A DNA stretch of 35,657 bases from a virus. Lineage: Duplodnaviria > Heunggongvirae > Uroviricota > Caudoviricetes. Each line of letters opens with the position of its first letter. The first letter of the stretch is position 1. Made by a program: the position numbers and the translations under genes. The notes beneath the pieces were generated by a model. That model was not told where the DNA came from. It saw only the letters and a program-made list of their open reading frames with translations, and did no database searches. Shown here piece by piece: positions 17,359 to 26,122 of the stretch. The stretch lies in IMG/VR virus record IMGVR_UViG_2541047892_000001, one strand, 5' to 3'.

Positions 17359-18180
17359 TTATCCTCTCAGTTCCTGTTGTGCCAGTGGCTGAAACGTACC
17401 CTGATAGCGGGCCAGGTCGGGACGGTATGCTGCCCCCGGTGCATAAGACCAGCCGACGTCGGTGGTCACCTTCGTGGTGCCGGTATTAAAGGTGGCCACG
17501 TTCCGCATTTCGCCGGTTTTCTCTGAGACCAGTTTCAGTTCCTGGCCCATGACAGAGCCGGAGCTGATAACCTTCAGGCCACGGGCACGTACATCCGCCG
17601 CACTCAGGGCAATCACACTACAGCGGCAGCGCCAGCCGTTCGGCGGGTAAAATGCCTGCCAGAACGGGTCATCCCAGCGCAGCACCAGACCATGCAGCGC
17701 CAGATGGCTCCTGCGGGTATGGCTGTCGTTGATGCCGGTATACATCCAGTACGGCCTGTCGTCGACGTTTTCCATCTGCTCCGCCCAACGACCGGCGCTG
17801 TAGAGTACGGACATATTGGTGCGAAAGATGGTATCGAGCCGCCACGGACTGCCCTGCTGAATGGTGACCGGCTCACCCGTTACCGGGTCAGTCGTGTCAC
17901 GTGGTCCCCACCATCCCTTACGCTTCAGCACCGGCTCCAGCGCCTGCCGGAACCAGCGATCGGTTTTTCCTTCATCGACAGCCTGCTGCAGTGCCCCGCG
18001 AATATCTTCCAGGATATCCAGGCGGGTCACTTTAGCGACGGTAAAGGCGCGGGCATGGGCTTCCTGCCACATCTCCTCCCAGTCCCAGGTAATCTGATAC
18101 CCTTTGGACTTCAGGTAGCTGACTGCCCGCTTCGGGGGAAGCGTCATGCAGTACGCCAGTTCAGCCGTTGTCACGCTCAT
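17359..18180 (-). CDS. Head morphogenesis / minor head protein (Mu gpF family)
   Basis: ATG at 18180 preceded by a GGGGG ribosome-binding site; the ORF-track start at 18207 is TTG; overlaps the portal 3' end. Confidence 0.8.
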   Translation of the reverse strand: MSVTTAELAYCMTLPPKRAVSYLKSKGYQITWDWEEMWQEAHARAFTVAKVTRLDILEDIRGALQQAVDEGKTDRWFRQALEPVLKRKGWWGPRDTTDPVTGEPVTIQQGSPWRLDTIFRTNMSVLYSAGRWAEQMENVDDRPYWMYTGINDSHTRRSHLALHGLVLRWDDPFWQAFYPPNGWRCRCSVIALSAADVRARGLKVISSGSVMGQELKLVSEKTGEMRNVATFNTGTTKVTTDVGWSYAPGAAYRPDLARYQGTFQPLAQQELRG

Positions 18181-19654
18181 GCAGACGCCCCCAGATATTT
18201 GCCACAAAGAGAATGCGGGCCAGCCGCTCCTGCAGATCGTCCGTGTTCATCTGAGGGTAGAGCTCCGCCAGTTCGCCCAGCAGCTCAGACGGGTTAACCC
18301 CGTTTTCGACCCGCCTGAACAGAGGTGCCAGGACGGGTTCCAGCGTGCCATTTAACACACCTCCGTTCATCAGAATGTCCAGCGCGTCGTCAAGCTGCTG
18401 TTGTGCATCATGATCGGCGCTTATCGCCTCGGCAAACTCCGCAGGCACTGCCCCGTCCGCAACCGGTGCATCAGAGAGGTCAATATCCCCCTCCTGCAGC
18501 TGGTACTCCCGCATGAAGTACTGCGGGGTCAGGCGTAGTCCCGCGCGGGTGAGTTTTTCGTCGCGGGTGGCACGGGTGTCATCAATGGCCTCCTGTTCCC
18601 ACATGGCCCAGACCGGACACGGCACATCGCCGAAGTTCAGGGTGACCACCGTTCTGATGACCTGATTCACTGCCGCCTGAATGATGTCCGCATCCGCATC
18701 GCGGATATCAGCCGTCACCTCCAGCCCGGCCTGTGCAGAGGCCTTGTTACTGTTCGCTTCCGTGGTCTGATTCTGACCGAGTAATGCAATGGAGATCTCA
18801 CTGCGTGACAGCGTGATCAGCTCGCGGAATACCTCGCTGCTGTCCGCCTTGCCATCCGCGGCTTTGAGTTCAATGCTGCTGTCATCGGGGATGGCGGCCA
18901 CAGCGTCCTCCACCATCTGCTCCATGGAGTCCAGCAGTTTTTCAATCTCTGCATCATTTGCACCCCTCGGGTGCTTACCGATCACCCACGGGGAGCCAAA
19001 CTTTTCGGCAAAGCGGAGCCAGAATTTCATCCCGCCTTTCTTGAAGGCGACCGGCCAGAAGCACATGGACAGGTCCGGGAAACCGTAAGGATTGTCATAC
19101 GAGGCATCCTGTGCCGGCACCACGAATTTTGACGGTGACAGCAGCTCACCCTCCACACCCGCATCACGCGCCCGGAAGCGCAGGCAGTTGTCCGTATCAA
19201 ACTGAAACCACTCAGGCGGTTTGCCGACAATATCCGTCACCGCCCACGCCCTGACCGAACGGCCCCACATGATTTCACAGGGCTGATACCCGTAGAGCAC
19301 GGCATCGCTCATCTCACCGATGATGCGGGACAGATCCAGATCGTCGAGCATGTCGCGGATGAAACGGAAGACCCGGGCAGAAGCGTGACCGCGCTCCAGT
19401 CCACGCTCCAGCGATTTGAGCGCTGCTTTACGTCTGCGGATACAGCCTCCGACCAGCGGGTCGGTGCGCAGTTCGCGGTAGATACGGATATCCCGTCCCT
19501 GAGCCTTGAGAATGGGATCAGGATTGGGCAGATACATGCCCAGTCCGTAAAAGTCGATCGCGCGGCTGCGGGAGGCAATCTGCGCGGTCAGTGATTTCTG
19601 AGGCTCAGAAAAAGCAACAAATTCATCGGGTGAAACCCAGATACCCCTCGCCAT
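18161..19654 (-). CDS. Portal protein (Mu gpH family)
   Basis: 497 aa; directly downstream of the large terminase with overlapping stop/start. Confidence 0.88.
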   Translation of the reverse strand: MARGIWVSPDEFVAFSEPQKSLTAQIASRSRAIDFYGLGMYLPNPDPILKAQGRDIRIYRELRTDPLVGGCIRRRKAALKSLERGLERGHASARVFRFIRDMLDDLDLSRIIGEMSDAVLYGYQPCEIMWGRSVRAWAVTDIVGKPPEWFQFDTDNCLRFRARDAGVEGELLSPSKFVVPAQDASYDNPYGFPDLSMCFWPVAFKKGGMKFWLRFAEKFGSPWVIGKHPRGANDAEIEKLLDSMEQMVEDAVAAIPDDSSIELKAADGKADSSEVFRELITLSRSEISIALLGQNQTTEANSNKASAQAGLEVTADIRDADADIIQAAVNQVIRTVVTLNFGDVPCPVWAMWEQEAIDDTRATRDEKLTRAGLRLTPQYFMREYQLQEGDIDLSDAPVADGAVPAEFAEAISADHDAQQQLDDALDILMNGGVLNGTLEPVLAPLFRRVENGVNPSELLGELAELYPQMNTDDLQERLARILFVANIWGRLHERDNG

Positions 19655-21249
19655 CAGAATCCCTCCAGCATACGGGCCGCCTGACGACGACGGCGTGAGC
19701 TTGCCTTCACCGGCCCTTTGTTAATTTCACGGCTGGCGAAATACGCCAGCGCCAGTGCGATGGCTGAATCCCCGTGGCGTTTACCACCGTCAGCCTTTGC
19801 TTTTGAGCGTTGCTCCGGTACGCGGGGGACACCGTTCACCACCTGAACGGCCCGCAGGTCATCCAGTGTGTCTTCATCCTTTGGTAAGTCCACCAGGTTA
19901 CCGTCTTCCAGTGCAGCTTTGACCGGAGGCATATGCTCCCTGTACCAGCCTTCGGTTGGCATCACCTGCTGAATCCGGCTGGAGCCGTAGCGCTGCATGG
20001 CGTATTCAGCCAGATAGGCACCATTACCACGGGCATCAAACGCTGCACCCAGCAGACCGGGCAGGCCATCCATCAGATACCAGGTGATTTGCTCCTGCTG
20101 TCTGAACGGCACGTTACGCAGCTCCAGTACGAATGGCACGCGTCGTACCAGGTTCTTCTCCTGCAGCAGGGGATAGTCCACCGACAAATCACCGCTACGG
20201 CCAAAGTCGCGCCCCAGGAAAGAGCGGGCATCAGTGGGGAGTGCCTCCAGCAATGGTTTCAGATACTCATCAAGCCAGTCCTGCGTCTCGCGGAAGCGAA
20301 CCTCATCAGACAGCAGTTCATAACCTTCCTTGCAGGTCAGACGCAATACCGGCGTATCAGCGGACATGCGGGACTCTATCAGGGCACGGGACAGCCAGGC
20401 ACCGCCACCGTTGGCCGGAATACAGTCAAGCTCTTCGGATGCGCCGGCACCGTAGAATTTGTACACCGATGCCATCCAGGCCTGCTCGGAGGCCTCCGAC
20501 CATTCCTTCCCGGTGCGCAGACAGACGCGCCGGAACAGCCCCTCAGATACGGCTTCCCGGAAAGTGATGCGATGTATGCTGCCTCCCTGACGTCCGGCAC
20601 GGATATCCCCGATAAGCGTATTGAACGGATTGTCGTCACCGTTATGGGTGGAGATAACGTGTACCTTCCCCCCCCAGATAAGCATCGCCAGCGCCGCTTT
20701 CAGCAGTTCGTCCAGTTGCTCATGGAACGCCGCTTCGTCGATAACAATAATACCCTGACGGCCACGCAGGTTAGACGGGCGGCTGGAGAGCGCAACAATA
20801 CGAAAGCCGGAGTCAGGAAATTTGATGGTGTAAGTCCTGATGTGTTTGTCGTCGTCGTCCTCTTCCCAGAATCCTTCTTCAATTTCACTGGCCGCATAGT
20901 TGAATGCCCGTGCCCACATCGCACACGCCTGAATGTATTCGACGGTCATGTCCTGGTTATAAGCGATGTAATACACATTCATCCCGCCTGCTGGCGCAGA
21001 AGAGGCGGCGGTCAGTACGTTATCGGATGCCTCAGCCCATGTAATACCGGTACGACGGCTCTTTTCTATCACCTTAAGCGGAGAGGTGTCTGCCACCCAG
21101 CGCTGCTGGTAAGGCAACAGAACGGGAGGGGCATCCAGCGCCGAGGTATCAGGCAAAACGGGAGCAAGGTTATTCCTCCCGTCCATGGGACTCATCCCTT
21201 CGGGGCCGCCGCCAGCGGCGTTTAAAATCACTCCGGATGATTTTGTCAT
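19654..21249 (-). CDS. Terminase large subunit
   Basis: 531 aa with ATPase and nuclease-type regions (IVIDEAAFHEQ...); followed by the portal. Confidence 0.9.
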   Translation of the reverse strand: MTKSSGVILNAAGGGPEGMSPMDGRNNLAPVLPDTSALDAPPVLLPYQQRWVADTSPLKVIEKSRRTGITWAEASDNVLTAASSAPAGGMNVYYIAYNQDMTVEYIQACAMWARAFNYAASEIEEGFWEEDDDDKHIRTYTIKFPDSGFRIVALSSRPSNLRGRQGIIVIDEAAFHEQLDELLKAALAMLIWGGKVHVISTHNGDDNPFNTLIGDIRAGRQGGSIHRITFREAVSEGLFRRVCLRTGKEWSEASEQAWMASVYKFYGAGASEELDCIPANGGGAWLSRALIESRMSADTPVLRLTCKEGYELLSDEVRFRETQDWLDEYLKPLLEALPTDARSFLGRDFGRSGDLSVDYPLLQEKNLVRRVPFVLELRNVPFRQQEQITWYLMDGLPGLLGAAFDARGNGAYLAEYAMQRYGSSRIQQVMPTEGWYREHMPPVKAALEDGNLVDLPKDEDTLDDLRAVQVVNGVPRVPEQRSKAKADGGKRHGDSAIALALAYFASREINKGPVKASSRRRRQAARMLEGF

Positions 21250-21791
21250 GTGGCAATCCCCAGAATCTCGCGACGAAGCGCCTGTACTGCGTCGCTTGAC
21301 AGTCCGCCCTTACGGGCAATTTTCTCTGCGTTGCTGGCTGCCTGCTGCGCTCTGGCCCGCACTTCAGACTGGAACTTTTTGAGGTTGACGGACGCGCGTG
21401 ACAGCGTAGCCACATTCTTCGCCACCTTCGACAGCAGGGCCACGCGTTCTTTAGGATCGACTTCGCCTTCTTCCGCCTCCTGCAACTGGACAATACTCTC
21501 GAACAGCTCGGTCTGAATAAGGGCTATCACAGCCTCCGAACGCGCATCCTGATCGTCTGCTGCGCCTTCGGTCAGCATGCGGGCCGCTTCTGTCGCCGCA
21601 CGGATAGCACCATAGCGGCGCTCAATCTTCTGTCCATAGCGATGGATAGCGGATTTGCTGATGACGTATCCCCGCTCACGCAGCAGGGACTCCAGCTCGT
21701 TATACCCGCTGAAGCCGGATTCAGTCAGCGCCCGTTCAAGCCAGCGGCGCACGTCTTCCGGCAGCTTTTCTATTGTGCTGCGTCTGGCCAT
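21246..21791 (-). CDS. Putative terminase small subunit (Mu gp27-like)
   Basis: 181 aa helical protein immediately upstream of the large terminase with ATGA overlap. Confidence 0.65.
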   Translation of the reverse strand: MARRSTIEKLPEDVRRWLERALTESGFSGYNELESLLRERGYVISKSAIHRYGQKIERRYGAIRAATEAARMLTEGAADDQDARSEAVIALIQTELFESIVQLQEAEEGEVDPKERVALLSKVAKNVATLSRASVNLKKFQSEVRARAQQAASNAEKIARKGGLSSDAVQALRREILGIAT

Positions 21792-22102
21792 TATTCACTC
21801 CAGTACTTTTCCGGGCGGGCAATACCCGGACCACATTCCACGGTGTATTCCACCAGGTCTACGCCGAGGCGGGTCAGGTCAGCAAACCAGTCACCAGAAG
21901 GTTTTTTCTCCAGCTCAACCATTTTACGGTCAGCCAGATAATCCAGTTCGCGGCGCAGCTCCAGCGGTGTGGTGTCCGGGTAGATGGCACGGGACACATC
22001 CAGCAGCAGCGTCTCGCTGGCGGTGTAAGGGCGGGTCTTGTTCAGGGCAACCAGCAGACTCCAGCGCAGGGATTCGCGGCGTACTCGGGTAATATCGACC
22101 AT
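21791..22102 (-). CDS. Conserved Mu-like late protein (function unknown)
   Basis: 103 aa; coupled to the neighbouring genes. Confidence 0.5.
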   Translation of the reverse strand: MVDITRVRRESLRWSLLVALNKTRPYTASETLLLDVSRAIYPDTTPLELRRELDYLADRKMVELEKKPSGDWFADLTRLGVDLVEYTVECGPGIARPEKYWSE

Positions 22103-22428
22103 TATTGACCTCCGGTATTGCGGTACTGCTGTACCACTTCCAGTTTGTTATAAAGCGCGTCCAGTTTGGCCTCAATGACTGTCTGGCCACGGATATAATC
22201 CTCTCGACGGACATAATTCAGCGGTAAATCCGCTTTAAATCGCATAAATTCTTTTTCCAGCTCGCCCCAGTTGGAGGCGGATTGTTGCAGGGCCTGTTCA
22301 AGGGAGGCGAATCGTGCCGCCTGGCGTTCTTCTGTTTTACTGAACAACCATTTGGCGAGCCCTCCCACAAACCCCATGAAGGTGAGCAGAAAACTCACCA
22401 CCGTCCAGAATTCAACCTGCAGTGTCAT
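22102..22428 (-). CDS. Small membrane protein with N-terminal TM helix and coiled coil (Mu gp25-like)
   Basis: 108 aa; hydrophobic N-terminus FWTVVSFLLTFMGFVGGLA followed by a helical region; adjacent to the lysis genes. Confidence 0.5.
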   Translation of the reverse strand: MTLQVEFWTVVSFLLTFMGFVGGLAKWLFSKTEERQAARFASLEQALQQSASNWGELEKEFMRFKADLPLNYVRREDYIRGQTVIEAKLDALYNKLEVVQQYRNTGGQ

Positions 22429-23075
22429 TTCTGTAATCCTTCCCGTTCATCCAGCAGCGCGTTTATCTGGTTCCGCCAGCGACGACATTGCCATGCGTTG
22501 TCGATGATGTTGGCGAGAACGTCACGCTGGGAGACACCCGAATCGCGTAACCGGGTGTCAGTGGTTTCAGGTTGCCCGGTCGCTGTGCCAGAGCGGGTGC
22601 CAGTGGCGGCAACTGAGTCTGAATGACCGGTGTCGACGGATGCGTTGTCATATCCGAGTGCGGCGTTGTACTGGCGCACGAAACCGCGAGTAAACACGCA
22701 CTCAATGGGATGACTCTTACCTTTTTCATCAATCCAGCGCTGTGTGACATCGTTAATTTGCCCCTGTAGTTGTTTGTTCCGGCTCTCCAGTTGAGCAATC
22801 TGCTCAAGATAACCGGCTTCAGCCCGCTGCCCGGCGGCCACCTGCTCCTGATACCGTCTGGCCCAAGCCCGCAGCGCAGCATTCTCAAGCGTTGCCTGCG
22901 CCGTTTTGTACGCGTCAAATGCTGACTGCAACTGACTGAGCGCGGTATTACCGTCACGCTTTGCAGAGTCATGACCACTTCTGTATCCCATGGCATACAG
23001 GCCGATCAGAAAGGCATTGATAAGAATGGCCAGCAGAATGCCGCGCCACGGCAGCTTTTTAACCAGATGCCACAC
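22425..23075 (-). CDS. i-spanin (Rz-like)
   Basis: N-terminal TM (WRGILLAILINAFLIGLYAMGY) then a Q/A-rich coiled coil; likely GTG start at 23075 preceded by GGGGAGG with 8-nt spacing; the ORF-track start at 23177 would overlap the endolysin by about 120 nt. Confidence 0.6.
   Translation of the reverse strand: MWHLVKKLPWRGILLAILINAFLIGLYAMGYRSGHDSAKRDGNTALSQLQSAFDAYKTAQATLENAALRAWARRYQEQVAAGQRAEAGYLEQIAQLESRNKQLQGQINDVTQRWIDEKGKSHPIECVFTRGFVRQYNAALGYDNASVDTGHSDSVAATGTRSGTATGQPETTDTRLRDSGVSQRDVLANIIDNAWQCRRWRNQINALLDEREGLQK
22463..22729 (-). CDS. o-spanin (Rz1-like lipoprotein) embedded in the i-spanin gene in another frame
   Basis: ATG at 22729 gives MKKVRVIPLSACLLAVSCAST... with a lipobox (LAVSC) and a Pro-rich mature part; lies entirely inside the i-spanin CDS. 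Confidence 0.6.
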   Translation of the reverse strand: MKKVRVIPLSACLLAVSCASTTPHSDMTTHPSTPVIQTQLPPLAPALAQRPGNLKPLTPGYAIRVSPSVTFSPTSSTTHGNVVAGGTR

Positions 23076-23793
23076 AACTGCTGCCTCCCCATGTGAGATA
23101 TCGCGGTGCCAGTTCGCGCAGGATGCGCTGCGGATAATGGCGGTTCTCCCGCCAGCTGGCCGCATTGCGTCCGGCATTCACCGTGGCGACATGTCCGAAC
23201 CAGCGGGTGCTGTCCAGACCTTTCTGTGATGCAAGCCGCCTGTCCCGTTGTACCCAGCCCAGACCACCGTTATAGCCTGACAGTGTCATGGCCATACGCT
23301 CGCAGTCGTTGGCGGCGCTGACGCGCTGCCACAGCCAGCGGTCATAGCTGACCAGCGCCCGGATGGCCCATGCCGGATTAAACGGCTCACGGCTGTTAAG
23401 TCCCGGCATCAGCTGACTTATCCAGTCGGCAGTGGCAGGCATGAACTGCGCCAGTCCCTGAGCACCAGCCGGCGAGACCGCATCAGGTCGCCAGCCGCTT
23501 TCCTGATGCAGTTGCGCGGCGAAATCTGCCACCGGCGCAGACAGTCCCCATTCAAGCCGGGCATTACGGATCACATCATCGCGATACTGCAGCGCAGCCT
23601 GCGGAGGCTGCGCTGCGCGGGCCTGACTGAAGAAGCCACCACACCAGAGCAGCCAGACAATCACCAGGTTGCCAGCAAGCTGCCACCAGAAGCTGTATTT
23701 ATCGTTACGTGGTTCGCCGTGTCTGATGGCGGTTACGCCCAGACCAAAGGCGAACAGAATAATGAGGGTGATTTGAGGCCAGTTCATGGTCAC
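23059..23793 (-). CDS. Endolysin, lytic transglycosylase (SLT domain) with hydrophobic N-terminal segments
   Basis: 244 aa; SLT catalytic region QLHQESGWRPDAVSPAGAQGLAQFMPATADW; two hydrophobic stretches in the first 60 aa; start overlaps the holin stop (ATGA). Confidence 0.82.
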   Translation of the reverse strand: MTMNWPQITLIILFAFGLGVTAIRHGEPRNDKYSFWWQLAGNLVIVWLLWCGGFFSQARAAQPPQAALQYRDDVIRNARLEWGLSAPVADFAAQLHQESGWRPDAVSPAGAQGLAQFMPATADWISQLMPGLNSREPFNPAWAIRALVSYDRWLWQRVSAANDCERMAMTLSGYNGGLGWVQRDRRLASQKGLDSTRWFGHVATVNAGRNAASWRENRHYPQRILRELAPRYLTWGGSSCVASG

Positions 23794-24140
23794 AGTCCTG
23801 TTGCCACAGCCAGACAGACCGCTGCAACAATCAGTGCACGGCGGATTAACGCAGCAGAAAATACAAGGTGAAGGCCGGTCTGCACAGGGAAACGCCCTTC
23901 AGCCATCAGCCTGTCTTCATGTTTCAGGTACTGACCGGGACGGGCTTTGGGGAAGAGCGAACGGTCAAGCCAGTAACCCAGCACTGCTGCCAGCGTGATG
24001 AGTGCCAGCTTGTAGATCACAACAGGCAACTGCTGTGGCGAGACCAGAGCGATGGTGCCCAGCAACAGCACTGAGGTCAGCAGCCAGCCGCTGAGGCGAG
24101 GTTTTTTAACAGGGGGAATGAATTTTTTCAGGCTTTTCAT
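23790..24140 (-). CDS. Putative holin (three predicted TM segments)
   Basis: Three hydrophobic helices; AAGGAG 6 nt upstream of the ATG at 24140 (alternative ATG at 24170); first gene of the lysis cassette. Confidence 0.55.
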   Translation of the reverse strand: MKSLKKFIPPVKKPRLSGWLLTSVLLLGTIALVSPQQLPVVIYKLALITLAAVLGYWLDRSLFPKARPGQYLKHEDRLMAEGRFPVQTGLHLVFSAALIRRALIVAAVCLAVATGL

Positions 24141-24203
24141 GTGTGTCTCCTTGTTTGGTGGAGACAGCATCACAAATGTGGCGGGATACGGATTTTAAAG
24201 CGC

Positions 24204-24243
24204 GTTATAAGTGTTCGCAGAGGGAAGCGACCAGAATGGTCGC
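24204..24243 (-). promoter_or_regulatory. Candidate activator-dependent late promoter for the lysis operon
   Basis: Minus-strand TATAAC (24209..24204) lies 17 nt downstream of a perfect dyad GCGACC-n5-GGTCGC (24227..24243) occupying the -35 position, about 65 nt upstream of the holin start. Confidence 0.4.
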
Positions 24244-24270
24244 ACACAAAACATAGGGGAGGCAAGCACA

Positions 24271-24594
24271 ATGACTGAACCGAAACAGTCTGGTATTAAA
24301 AAAGGGTTCCTCTTTGGGAGCAGAATCGGAGAGCAGAATAAAACTTACACGCTAAGCTTGGATGCATGTTGTCCAACCGAAGCGATTATAGAGCTGAAAA
24401 ACGTTCTGGTTGCACTTGAAGAGAGAAGAAGTCATTTCGCCAGCGGAGAAAACAACGTCATGCTAATTGGCGATGTGGCGGCGACATCACGATATAAAAC
24501 CGCACCTAATCCTGCGATTCAGTTATCCTTCGACCAACGAATACTGGAAGCGGAATCAGCAGTTCCCAGAACGGTTCGTCCTCACCAGTCTTAA
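24271..24594 (+). CDS. Hypothetical small protein (107 aa), divergent from the lysis operon
   Basis: ATG at 24271 preceded by GGGGAGG with 8-nt spacing; 3' end overlaps the convergent 191-aa gene by 89 nt, so one of the two may be miscalled. Confidence 0.3.
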   Translation: MTEPKQSGIKKGFLFGSRIGEQNKTYTLSLDACCPTEAIIELKNVLVALEERRSHFASGENNVMLIGDVAATSRYKTAPNPAIQLSFDQRILEAESAVPRTVRPHQS

Positions 24595-25081
24595 CTGGGG
24601 CTGCTTCACCCGACCAGTAAAGCCAAGCACGGTGATACAGTTCCAGCACCGGGCAATCACTGTTCAATAACCTCATATCTCCGCGATGCACCTGCTCATT
24701 TGTGATGACTTCATATATCGGTGCCGTTCTTATTTCGTCTTCGCCTCTCTCATCAGCCAGTAATTCCCTGAACTTCCTGACTTCACTCAGATGCTGACAG
24801 GCAAACAGTGACTGATAGCGGGAAGGTTTATCAGGAAAATGGCTACGGCGAACTAACTCAAACACCAGACCGACCAGCAGACTTCTGCTGATTCCACTGT
24901 CATCTTCCATTTTAGGGCCGGGGTTATAGAGATAGTTATACCCGTGACTCGAAAGGCCATTGGGATACATCTGATGAAGAAAAGCGGCCAGTTCTGGCAT
25001 TTCAGGCTCGTATTTTCCGGTAATTACATGACAAGGCGAAGGCAGACGACTAGCGGAATCAAGTGTGTAATACGTTCCCAT
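24506..25081 (-). CDS. Hypothetical accessory protein (191 aa), no recognisable family
   Basis: ORF in the accessory region between lysis genes and repressor; separated from the upstream cassette by a 409-nt non-coding gap. Confidence 0.5.
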   Translation of the reverse strand: MGTYYTLDSASRLPSPCHVITGKYEPEMPELAAFLHQMYPNGLSSHGYNYLYNPGPKMEDDSGISRSLLVGLVFELVRRSHFPDKPSRYQSLFACQHLSEVRKFRELLADERGEDEIRTAPIYEVITNEQVHRGDMRLLNSDCPVLELYHRAWLYWSGEAAPVKTGEDEPFWELLIPLPVFVGRRITESQD

Positions 25082-25196
25082 TCAGAAAACAATCCTTATC
25101 GAACAAACACTGCACGTAGGTAATGCATCCAGTAAATCGCGTTAATAGAAATCATGTATCTCAAAACTTCACTCTGAACTCTGACAGTGAAAGAAC

Positions 25197-25228
25197 GACC
25201 AGCCCGGTACCCGAACTCCGGGCTGGTC
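25197..25228 (-). terminator. Perfect 11-bp stem / 10-nt loop hairpin; possible terminator of the repressor-linked cassette
   Basis: GACCAGCCCGG-tacccgaact-CCGGGCTGGTC; on the minus strand it is followed by GUUCUUUCA, a weak U-tract. Confidence 0.35.
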
Positions 25229-25490
25229 ATCGCCCCACAGGAATGCACTGTGAGCCGACCGAGGTTCAGTCAGTCTCGCGAGACCAGACTAGCCTGCCAT
25301 ATTTTTTATAATTATAAAAGGGTTACAGATTATGAAAATGCAGACATTCCCCATCGCTCCATGGATTGGTTGTAAACGCCGCCATGCCAGACATATTCTG
25401 GCCGATGTTTCCTAGCACGCACGAATATGAGGCAACTGACGAGAATAAATGATGCGTCAGAATGAACCGTCGACACCGTGATTTCAGGTT

Positions 25491-26102
25491 TCAAAAATCT
25501 GGAGAAGGTATATCTATCTGACCGACGTTTCGTAACCACATCTCTTGCTTTGTTTCTTTATTGGTTCGGGCGATATCATTAGCATTGTATCTGCATGTTT
25601 TAACCGCAACCTCACGAACTCGTGCTATAGGAGTATTTGTGTAGAATTTAAGATCTTCCTCTACCGCTCGTATGGCGATAAGCCCTCCACTCTGAAAACC
25701 GCTGGTTACTTTTAAAAGATCAACTCCTTGGTTATAAACGGCATTACATACGTTAGGGAACTCATCTTCTACAGTTTTGGGGATCATCAGCATATCAGGA
25801 AGACCCTGTAACACGTTATCTTCCTTTGGCCTCCATGCCCTTCCCAAAAAAGCTGTTATAGGTTGTGGTGTAGAAAGAAATGCCAATTCTATATAAAACA
25901 AACCACTGTAGTGATCGCGTAACGAATAGACTAGTAAATGATCTTTTCCAGTTTTACTTGCATTGCTAAGTTTTATATCAAATGGTTTTTTCTGGTACTT
26001 AAGCAATCCATCAACTCCCGCATAATAATGCTTTGAAACAGCAACAGAAAGTTGATGTACTTGGTTCGGATAATCTGTTCTATATCGTTTAATTAGCCCC
26101 AT
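25491..26102 (-). CDS. Hypothetical accessory protein (203 aa), third gene of the repressor-linked cassette
   Basis: AT-rich (about 36-40% GC by eye); GAGG ribosome-binding site 6 nt upstream of ATG; 20 nt downstream of the 328-aa gene. Confidence 0.6.
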   Translation of the reverse strand: MGLIKRYRTDYPNQVHQLSVAVSKHYYAGVDGLLKYQKKPFDIKLSNASKTGKDHLLVYSLRDHYSGLFYIELAFLSTPQPITAFLGRAWRPKEDNVLQGLPDMLMIPKTVEDEFPNVCNAVYNQGVDLLKVTSGFQSGGLIAIRAVEEDLKFYTNTPIARVREVAVKTCRYNANDIARTNKETKQEMWLRNVGQIDIPSPDF

Positions 26103-26122
26103 AATAGCCTCGCAGTTATTTT

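Noticed and set aside
19933-21225. 430-aa plus-strand ORF
   Set aside because: Lies entirely antisense to the large terminase gene, which has clear protein-family features; long antisense open frames are expected in GC-rich coding DNA.
25123-25539. Short ORFs of 62-69 aa in the 409-nt accessory spacer, on both strands
   Set aside because: No ribosome-binding sites, mutually overlapping, and they run through the hairpin and palindrome; more likely non-coding regulatory DNA.
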